Positions 38,198 through 45,787 of a DNA stretch of 49,829 nt are shown here, one piece after another. Source of the stretch: Anaerovoracaceae bacterium (GTDB lineage: Bacteria > Bacillota > Clostridia > Peptostreptococcales > Anaerovoracaceae); NCBI GenBank assembly GCA_031553975.1, contig JAVBKP010000049.1:1-49829 (forward strand), given 5' to 3'. Numbering within the stretch: the first letter of the stretch is position 1; every line of letters begins with the position of its first letter. The position numbers were made by a program, and so were the translations under genes. The notes beneath the pieces are model-generated. The model did no database searches. It saw only the letters and a list, made by a program, of their open reading frames with translations, and was not told the origin of the DNA.

Positions 38198-41100
38198 GAT
38201 TTATTCTCCTCAAGATTTGATGTGATTTTGTGGATTGTGTCTTTGGAACTATCATATTCAAACATCTCAATTTGTTCATACAAAGCAAAAATCAAATCAT
38301 TTAAATTCTTGCCGTAATCATATGTCTTAAGGCGCTCTAATATGGCAAGCGCAACATCATCATCAAACGCATTGAGTGCGGCTTGCATTTGGTGCATTTC
38401 ATATGAAAGCTCTGCCAAGTCTCCGTCCGCTTTTACATTATTTTGTTCCTGTGAAAAAAATATTTTTTTCAGATTTTCTTCCAATCTCAAAAGTTCTACT
38501 AAAAATGGCGGGAATTCATTTTGGCAAAATTCTAGATCTTCAGTTTTCGCATGAATTTCAAGGTCGTAGGCCTGAGCAGATATGTCTGCTGCTCCTAGTG
38601 TGGCAAGAGAACTTTTGCATCCATGAGCTTGAATTGCAAACCTATTGCTGTCCTTTGTAGCCAAAGCCTCTTTCATCGTATTTGCTACCTCAGAAATTCT
38701 TTTTGTGAAAATCTTAAGAGTATCCACATAAATTTTTTGGGCTCCTCCTACCAATTGGAGTCCTGCATCTACATCAATATTTCCCAGTGCGCGTAATTCT
38801 GACATTTTATCCATGTCTTCCTTATTTGCTTGGGTATTTTCTGTATCGTGGTTTTTTTCTTTTACACTAACTTTATCTGACGGGAGCCAGTTTATCAGCA
38901 TCTCATTTAAGAGTATTCGGTCGATGGGTTTTGATAAAAAGTCATTCATACCACTGTCAATCAGCATCTCTTTGACCCCTTGCATGGCATTGGCGGTCAA
39001 TGCAATAATGATCTGATTTTCTCTTTCATATCCAGCCATTTGACGTATTTTTTGTGTAGTCTCTGCGCCATCCATTTCAGGCATCATATGATCCATAAAA
39101 ACAATATCGTATGCTTTGTTTTGAATCATTTCAATCGCCTGCATGCCATTCGTCGCCGTATCACACATAATATCTGAAAGTTCCAGCAAACCGCTGATTA
39201 CATGAAGATTGACATCAAAATCATCTACCACCAAAATTTTGGCATCTGGTGCCGTGATAATATCATAATTTTCACTGCTTTTTCTGACTTTATCAGGATT
39301 ACCTTTGATAATCGGAATTTGGACAGTAAATTTTGAACCCACGCCAAATTGACTCTCTACTGTTATCCTTCCATCCATGGCCTCAATAAAACTTTTGGAA
39401 ATCGTAAGCCCCAGCCCCGTGCCTGCTTCTGACCTATTATGTTTATCGTCTACTTGTTCAAATGCGTCAAAAAGTTTCTCCATAGCCTCTGGCTTAATCC
39501 CAATGCCTGTATCTGAAATGTCAAAAATAATCGTGTCTTCATTTGCCTTGATTAGTAGCTTGACATATCCACGAGTTGTAAACTTCACAGCATTTCCAAT
39601 TATATTAATGAGTACCTGTCTGAGCCTCGCATCATCACCGTACAGGCAATCAGGAATTGCCCCCACAATTTCAAATTTAAATTCAATATCCTTTGCTTTT
39701 GCAGAAAATTTGAAAATAGAATTAATATTTGCAATTAATGTAGCAAAGTTGTAGTGAACATGAACAAGATGAAACTTTCCTGCTTCAATTTTTGAGAAAT
39801 CTAAAATATCGTTGATAATGCTTAAAAGATTCGTTCCTGCTGATTTTATTTGATTGGTATAGCTTTTTTGTTTAGACGATAAAGTTTCTGAGAGCAGAAG
39901 CTCTGACATGCCGATAATTGCGTTCATGGGTGTGCGGATCTCATGACTCATATTGGCAAGAAACGTGGATTTCATTTTAGAAGCTTCTTCTGCCTTTTTC
40001 GTCATTTCAGTCAGTTCTTTGGTTCTCTCTTGCACTGTATATTCCAGACTAGCCATGAAACTTCTTAGCTCTTCTTCAAGTTCCATTTTTTTCATTAAGT
40101 TTGCAATTGTTTTGCCTAAATTTGTAAATAGGGTCGCTTCATCTTCGCTCACTTCTTTTAAAGAATATAAATCAGTCATCGCCATAAAAACTGTTTTGTT
40201 ATCGCCTTTTGATATGTTTACAAGCCATGTTGGGTTAACCCACACAGCTACGTTATGTTTTTTTCGAGCCTTTTCCAGAAAATCAGCATTTAAAACAAAA
40301 ACACCTTCGTCGGGAATCATTGTAGATATTTTGCAAATAATATCAAAACTTAGGTTGTCTTTAATTGCTTCTTTGTTCATATACATGGATGTTACTTTAT
40401 AATCAGTTTTATTAATTTCAAATATGCCAACTTTACCAAAATTAAAATGATTTCCTATTTCGGCAGTAATTCTATCCATGACATCTTGATTGCTGTGATA
40501 AGAATTGTCTATAATGCTTATTATGTCGTTATAGGCTGTTAATTTTCTTTTCATGGTTTTTTCGTTTTCAATATTCTCATTAAGCTTGTCAACCATGGTT
40601 TCGAGGGCTTCAGATAGCGTCGAGAACTCATCATCGAATGTTCGTTTGTCATTAAATTCAAATGAAAAAACCTGCCCGCCATCGGATATTTTTTTAGAAG
40701 CGTTTACCAATGCTTTGATTCGTTTTCCGATCAACCGGTTGTTAAACCACCAAGACAACGGCGCAAGTGCGATTAAGATTAGCACAATTGTAAAAATAAT
40801 GCCTTTTTTATAATCCTCTAATTCTTTCATGACATCGTCTGCGGATATATCTGCACCGACTATGCCGACTTGGTTTCCCTTTTCATCTTGGATGGGCGCG
40901 AAGGCCGAAATAAGATATCCATAATGTTCTCCTCCATAATAAATCTCTGTATATGTAGATACGCCAGTTTCGTATGTCTCAGGTGCTGTCTCGTATTCTT
41001 CGTAGGAGTCCAAACGTCCAAAGTCATCACGTCCATCAAGACCATTTGCAGATCCAGCAAAGATATACTTAAAGCTTTTGCCATCTACTGTTCTAGCCAT

Positions 41101-41400
41101 GGCGTATAGATATGTCATCTCTGACCTAGGTCTAGCCCTGTCGGCCATATCTTGTAATTCGTTATAGTATTCATTTCTTTCATTGGTGTCAGCAATTTCT
41201 TTAAATTTGCCACCATCAACTGTGGCGGCAATGGCTTCGGCAACAGCCAAGGCTGTTCTTGCTTTTAAGTCTATGCATTCATCCTTATAAGCATAGTAGC
41301 TATATAGCGCGATGCATATTGCAATAATCGTAATGACTATCGAAACAGATATAGATATTTTCGTGTTTACCGAAAGATATTTGTGTTTTTGGTTTTCCAT
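38194..41400 (-). CDS. Hybrid sensor histidine kinase: extracellular sensor domain, HAMP, HisKA, HATPase_c, REC and a C-terminal Hpt domain
   Basis: Two TMs flank a roughly 170-aa extracellular domain. MSHEIRTPMN H-box. GTGLGLTIS. REC with VVDDFDVN...DHMMPEMDG. Hpt motif IQAHGCKSSLATLGA. Confidence 0.8.
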   Translation of the reverse strand: MENQKHKYLSVNTKISISVSIVITIIAICIALYSYYAYKDECIDLKARTALAVAEAIAATVDGGKFKEIADTNERNEYYNELQDMADRARPRSEMTYLYAMARTVDGKSFKYIFAGSANGLDGRDDFGRLDSYEEYETAPETYETGVSTYTEIYYGGEHYGYLISAFAPIQDEKGNQVGIVGADISADDVMKELEDYKKGIIFTIVLILIALAPLSWWFNNRLIGKRIKALVNASKKISDGGQVFSFEFNDKRTFDDEFSTLSEALETMVDKLNENIENEKTMKRKLTAYNDIISIIDNSYHSNQDVMDRITAEIGNHFNFGKVGIFEINKTDYKVTSMYMNKEAIKDNLSFDIICKISTMIPDEGVFVLNADFLEKARKKHNVAVWVNPTWLVNISKGDNKTVFMAMTDLYSLKEVSEDEATLFTNLGKTIANLMKKMELEEELRSFMASLEYTVQERTKELTEMTKKAEEASKMKSTFLANMSHEIRTPMNAIIGMSELLLSETLSSKQKSYTNQIKSAGTNLLSIINDILDFSKIEAGKFHLVHVHYNFATLIANINSIFKFSAKAKDIEFKFEIVGAIPDCLYGDDARLRQVLINIIGNAVKFTTRGYVKLLIKANEDTIIFDISDTGIGIKPEAMEKLFDAFEQVDDKHNRSEAGTGLGLTISKSFIEAMDGRITVESQFGVGSKFTVQIPIIKGNPDKVRKSSENYDIITAPDAKILVVDDFDVNLHVISGLLELSDIMCDTATNGMQAIEMIQNKAYDIVFMDHMMPEMDGAETTQKIRQMAGYERENQIIIALTANAMQGVKEMLIDSGMNDFLSKPIDRILLNEMLINWLPSDKVSVKEKNHDTENTQANKEDMDKMSELRALGNIDVDAGLQLVGGAQKIYVDTLKIFTKRISEVANTMKEALATKDSNRFAIQAHGCKSSLATLGAADISAQAYDLEIHAKTEDLEFCQNEFPPFLVELLRLEENLKKIFFSQEQNNVKADGDLAELSYEMHQMQAALNAFDDDVALAILERLKTYDYGKNLNDLIFALYEQIEMFEYDSSKDTIHKITSNLEENKS

Positions 41401-41556
41401 TTGCCTTGACTCCTCTTACGGCATTATCATAGCATAATATCTCCTAATACTCAAATGGTTTTGATGATTGTATGAGTGGCTTTGTTGGTATCGAAAAAGG
41501 GTGAGGTGTCTCTTGTTACTATATCTAACTTTTACCTCAATGCATCCCTTTTCATG

Positions 41557-41582
41557 TATATTTTAAAATCCTCCGCATATAC
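41557..41582 (+). promoter_or_regulatory. Sigma-E-type sporulation promoter upstream of spoIIID
   Basis: ATATT (41557-61), 13-nt spacer, CATATACA (41575-82). Matches the sigma-E consensus (-35 ATATT, -10 CATACAnT). B. subtilis spoIIID is sigma-E-dependent. Confidence 0.45.
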
Positions 41583-41620
41583 ATGCCCTATAGGCAGAAA
41601 ATATCAGGAGGGAATATCAA

Positions 41621-41872
41621 GTGAAAGATTACATAGAAGAACGTGTTTTAAGTTTAGCGAATCACATATTAGAGACAAATTCCACAGTGAGATCCACTGC
41701 AAAGAAGTTTAAAATAAGTAAATCTACCGTACATAAAGATGTAACCGACAGACTTGTGGAGATTAACCCTGGCCTAGCCGCTGAGGTTAAGGATATCTTG
41801 GATAAGAACAAATCTGAGAGACATATCAGGGGTGGATTGGCGACGCAAATGAAATACAAAGGAAAAAGCTAG
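41621..41872 (+). CDS. spoIIID: Stage III sporulation transcriptional regulator SpoIIID
   Basis: GTG start with a GGAGGG RBS. KDYIEERVL...VRSTAKKFKISKSTVHKDVTDRL.EINP.LA.EVK.IL is near-identical in pattern to B. subtilis SpoIIID. Confidence 0.85.
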   Translation: MKDYIEERVLSLANHILETNSTVRSTAKKFKISKSTVHKDVTDRLVEINPGLAAEVKDILDKNKSERHIRGGLATQMKYKGKS

Positions 41873-41885
41873 TGTAATTTTTGAC

Positions 41886-42656
41886 TTACACTAGCGTCCC
41901 AATATGTTTGTACTCCATATTTAACCTTGTCATTTTTGACTTACACTCAGGTGCGACTACTGCAACTACACATGTGCATGGTCCACCTGATTTCATTATG
42001 TCCACTTCTATAGTAGGTGTCTCTACAAAACCTATTCCATTCATCTCCGCCAAGAGCTTTGCCTCATAGGCGATTCCCTTTGATCCAACAGGAACAATCT
42101 CACGTACGTCTAGGTGAGACAATAGGGATTTTATCTCACTATAGGAAACCATTTTGTCTTGCTCTTGTAGAACTTCATTCCCCACCAAAGGTTCGCCTAT
42201 TACAATCACCTCGTCACCCGACTGGCATGGACTAAACTTTAATTTGGTTTTATCTGCAACCCCAATGGCTGTAATTCCAATGGCTGTCATGGTGGTAACC
42301 ATGTTTTCTTCGGTGGAGCCAGTCAGAACCCCTTCGTCAATATCTGCCGTAATGAATCCCTCAGCTTTTGCCTTGGCTAACTCCTTTTTAACACCTGCCA
42401 TGATTTTTTGTCCTGTAGCATTCATCTCATTGCACACTGCGTTTGATAAGGAAATTATTTCGGCACCTGTGCATATGACTTCCATAATTACTACCCGAGC
42501 GGTCAGTAAACCAACTAGGTCTGGCAAGACTTTTAACGTGTCGTTTTCTTTTTCGCCGATGCCTCCACAGCTGTCACATGCCAGTATTAGGCTTTGCTCC
42601 TTTGAAATATCGACGATTGTAATATCCCGCCTTCTATATACTTTCACCTCTCCCAT
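41886..42656 (-). CDS. PurM-like (AIR-synthase-related) superfamily protein of uncertain function
   Basis: ILACDSCGGIG N-terminal motif and Gly-rich ATP-binding-like segments. Assignment tentative. Overlaps the upstream ECF S-component gene by 13 nt. Confidence 0.4.
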   Translation of the reverse strand: MGEVKVYRRRDITIVDISKEQSLILACDSCGGIGEKENDTLKVLPDLVGLLTARVVIMEVICTGAEIISLSNAVCNEMNATGQKIMAGVKKELAKAKAEGFITADIDEGVLTGSTEENMVTTMTAIGITAIGVADKTKLKFSPCQSGDEVIVIGEPLVGNEVLQEQDKMVSYSEIKSLLSHLDVREIVPVGSKGIAYEAKLLAEMNGIGFVETPTIEVDIMKSGGPCTCVVAVVAPECKSKMTRLNMEYKHIGTLV

Positions 42657-43162
42657 GTGATACCTCTCTTCTCTAGCACATAGACCACTACCAATGCCAA
42701 AACCATGTTGGCCGCTGCCGCTACTGAAAGTACTACCATGAATCCATATAATACCTTAGGCTGGCTTCCCATGATAGGAAATAAAAATTTCCAAAGAACT
42801 ACTATTTGCAATGGACCATTTAGAGCCGTGCCTACTAGGGTTCCAAGGAGAGCGGCTAGCTTGAACCCAAAGCGGCTTTTGATTTTGTTATATGTTATCG
42901 TAAAGGCGAATACAGTCAATGCCATCAACCCAGCAATCATTAGGTGTACTGGTACAGTGAATGTAAATCCCGACAAAGCAGCTGTCAATAGATGTCCCAA
43001 TGCGCCAATCAAAGCGCCGTACCCGCCGCCGAGCAAAATACCGCCCGCAAAAGCCGGCATGGAATCAAATGCTACACTCCCTGCTATTTTCACATTGGAT
43101 AATATAAAGGACAGGGCAATAAAAAGCCCACAGATCGCCACCGTTTTAGATTTTTTATTCAT
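42644..43162 (-). CDS. ECF-transporter substrate-specific (S) component, substrate unknown
   Basis: About 6 TM helices in 172 aa, small and Gly/Ala-rich, typical of ECF S components. GGAGGAATCA RBS at Met5 of the track ORF. Confidence 0.55.
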   Translation of the reverse strand: MNKKSKTVAICGLFIALSFILSNVKIAGSVAFDSMPAFAGGILLGGGYGALIGALGHLLTAALSGFTFTVPVHLMIAGLMALTVFAFTITYNKIKSRFGFKLAALLGTLVGTALNGPLQIVVLWKFLFPIMGSQPKVLYGFMVVLSVAAAANMVLALVVVYVLEKRGITWER

Positions 43163-43270
43163 TGATTCCTCCAATCTAACGGTTTCATCATATCATTGCA
43201 GCTGGTTCTTGACAACCCCTTAGATTTTCTGTATCTTGATAGGGAAGGTTATTTCTACGGGGGGGCTAGC

Positions 43271-43960
43271 ATGAACAAAATTTTACTGATCGAGGACAAC
43301 GAACAGCTTCAGAAATATATTAGCGAGTACCTTTCTGCTTATGGGTATTCTGTCACTGTACTTGATGATTACGATGCTGTGCTTGAGACTGTGGAGAGCC
43401 TTCAGCCAAAACTGATTTTGCTTGACATTAACTTGCCTCGGTTTGACGGATTTTACTATCTAAAGCTAATTCGCAAGCATTACCCCACACCCATCATCAT
43501 TTTGTCCGCTCGTAGCGAAGAGGCTGAGCAGATTAGGGGCATTGAAGAAGGTGCCGATGATTATATCACAAAGCCTTTTTCCATCGGTGTGTTATCGGCT
43601 AAAATAAACAGTATGCTTCGCAATAAATCTCGAGGGCAAAATGATTCTCCCCGCATCGGAGGACTTCATCTCTCAGCGGAAACCATGGTACTCAGTCATA
43701 ACGGCACCCATACGGAACTAACAAAAAACGAATACAAGATCCTGCGCATACTTATAGATAATATAGATCAAATTGTTACAAGGGAGCAGATTCTAGAAGA
43801 ATTGTGGGATGACGTTAGCTTCATTGATGACAACACCCTGACAGTCAATATAAATCGTGTCCGAAAACGGCTATCAGATATTGGTCTTCCTGATGCAATT
43901 ACAACGAAAAGGGGTGTGGGATATGTCCTTGAAACAGCTGGTATTGGCAACACTAAATAG
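43271..43960 (+). CDS. OmpR-family response regulator (BceR-like)
   Basis: REC (LLIEDNEQL...LDINLPRFDGF...K) plus a winged-helix trans_reg_C. Start at Met26 of the track ORF, after a GGGGGGG RBS. Upstream TTGACA-17-TATCTT promoter. Confidence 0.85.
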   Translation: MNKILLIEDNEQLQKYISEYLSAYGYSVTVLDDYDAVLETVESLQPKLILLDINLPRFDGFYYLKLIRKHYPTPIIILSARSEEAEQIRGIEEGADDYITKPFSIGVLSAKINSMLRNKSRGQNDSPRIGGLHLSAETMVLSHNGTHTELTKNEYKILRILIDNIDQIVTREQILEELWDDVSFIDDNTLTVNINRVRKRLSDIGLPDAITTKRGVGYVLETAGIGNTK

Positions 43961-44900
43961 CCAGCGTAAGATGATTTTTGTTTACCTATTGAATACGGCA
44001 GTGCTTACTTTAATCTTTGCATTGATGCTAGATGAAGTTAGCTTTCTCTATCCATTGTTGGTCAGTGCGGTGATACTGGTTCTTTATTTGGTTTATATGA
44101 CGGTTCGCCTAAATGCCTTTATGACCGAACTAGCGGCGGCAAAAATACAAGCCAGCGATCTTAATGCAGATACTTATACAGAAAAAGCTGTTTATGATGC
44201 CATGGGGGAAGTCCATCGGGCTTATGCCATGCGAATATCATTGCTACAAGAGCAATTAGACGGTAGAAACAATTTATTTTCTCAGTTCATACACAATATG
44301 AAATCTTCCGTATCGGTCATTGGACTTGCCTGCGAAAAACAATCCCAAGATGCCATTTTTGACATATCAATGGAAAACGAGAAACTGAAAAAGAACTTAG
44401 AACAGGTTCTCAATCTTTTGCGACTAGATCAATTCTCAAATGACTATATTTCGGAGAAAGTAGATTTGTCTGACATAATTAAAAATGTAATAAATGAGAA
44501 AAAAAGGGATTTTATTTATTCAAAAACCTACCCAAAATACACAGGTGATGAGGTGTATGTATATACGGACAAAAAGTGGTGTGGGTTCCTTATTGAGCAA
44601 GTTGTATCCAATGCTATAAAATATAGTGATCCTGATAAAAGTATCTATTTTGAAATCCAAAGCATGGAGGGACGTACTGTCCTTCATATTCGTGATGAAG
44701 GCATGGGCATTTTGCCAGAGGATTTGCCTCGCATATTTGATCTTTTTTATACGGGAACCAATGGGAGACAAAACAAAGAGTCCACGGGAATCGGTCTGTC
44801 TATGGTCAAACATATCTGTAAAAAGTTAGGTCACCAGGTGTCAGTAGAATCCCAAGTGGGGCAAGGCACAACTGTGAGCCTCTGTTTTACTAAAATCTAG
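43923..44900 (+). CDS. Intramembrane-sensing histidine kinase (BceS-like)
   Basis: Two N-terminal TMs with almost no extracellular loop. HisKA with His in SQFIHNMKSS. HATPase GIGLSMVK. Start overlaps the regulator's 3' end. Confidence 0.8.
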   Translation: MSLKQLVLATLNSQRKMIFVYLLNTAVLTLIFALMLDEVSFLYPLLVSAVILVLYLVYMTVRLNAFMTELAAAKIQASDLNADTYTEKAVYDAMGEVHRAYAMRISLLQEQLDGRNNLFSQFIHNMKSSVSVIGLACEKQSQDAIFDISMENEKLKKNLEQVLNLLRLDQFSNDYISEKVDLSDIIKNVINEKKRDFIYSKTYPKYTGDEVYVYTDKKWCGFLIEQVVSNAIKYSDPDKSIYFEIQSMEGRTVLHIRDEGMGILPEDLPRIFDLFYTGTNGRQNKESTGIGLSMVKHICKKLGHQVSVESQVGQGTTVSLCFTKI

Positions 44901-44925
44901 GAAATAGGGCAATACAGTGCTTTTA

Positions 44926-44952
44926 TTACAAAATTGTAAGCTTATTGTAAGC
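44926..44952 (+). promoter_or_regulatory. Candidate BceR-type binding site upstream of the ABC transporter operon
   Basis: Perfect inverted repeat TTACAA-aa-TTGTAA (44926-39), then direct repeat ATTGTAAGC (44944-52). About 35 nt upstream of a TATACT -10 (44985-90) with a weak -35. This is an activator-dependent layout. Confidence 0.4.
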
Positions 44953-45019
44953 CTAATCGATTTTATCGGTTGGGCTTTTTTGTGTATACTAATCCTATAG
45001 TGAACAATTGGAGGATGTT

Positions 45020-45787
45020 ATGAAAAAGATTATTTCTACGGAGAGTTTAAAAAAAGTTTACCGCTCTTATAAGGGGTCTGGTGAAGTGGTTGCACTGGAT
45101 GGTATTGATATTGCTGTCAACGAAGGCGAGTTTATCGGGATCATGGGTCCCTCTGGCAGCGGCAAGACCACCTTGCTCAATGTTCTTTCTGGTATTGATA
45201 CGGCTACCTCTGGTGAGGTTCTCATCGATGGCAAGGACATTGCAAAAATGAAAAAAGATGAGTTGGCTTTGTTTCGTCGTCAAAAAATCGGCTATATTTT
45301 CCAAGATTTCAATTTGCTTGATAGCTTGACCTTGAAAGAAAATATTGCTCTGCCACTAATTTTGGATAAGGTGTCTCCCAGTGAGATCAATAGCAGAGTG
45401 GATGAGTTAATGACCTTTTTCGACATTTCGGAATTGGCAAACAAATACCAATATACTGTGTCTGGCGGGCAAAAACAGCGTGTAGCGGCGGCACGGGCTC
45501 TTGCAGTGAATCCAACAGTATGTTTTGCTGATGAGCCTACAGGAAATCTTGATTCAAAATCTTCTGCCAATATTATGTCCATGCTGAGCAGCATGAATGA
45601 AAAGAAAAAGGCTACCATTCTTATGGTGACCCATGATGCCTTTGCCGCCTCTTATTGCAAACGGATTATCTTTATACGAGACGGTAAGGTGGATTTGCAA
45701 ATTGTTAGCAATGGGGATCGCAGGGCTTTCTTTGATAAAATTCTTGAGACCCAAAGCGTGACAGGAGGTCAGAGAAGTGACATTTAA
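45020..45787 (+). CDS. ABC transporter ATP-binding protein (BceA-like)
   Basis: Walker A GPSGSGKTT, signature SGGQKQR, Walker B CFADEPTGNLD. GGAGGATG RBS at Met5 of the track ORF. Confidence 0.85.
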   Translation: MKKIISTESLKKVYRSYKGSGEVVALDGIDIAVNEGEFIGIMGPSGSGKTTLLNVLSGIDTATSGEVLIDGKDIAKMKKDELALFRRQKIGYIFQDFNLLDSLTLKENIALPLILDKVSPSEINSRVDELMTFFDISELANKYQYTVSGGQKQRVAAARALAVNPTVCFADEPTGNLDSKSSANIMSMLSSMNEKKKATILMVTHDAFAASYCKRIIFIRDGKVDLQIVSNGDRRAFFDKILETQSVTGGQRSDI

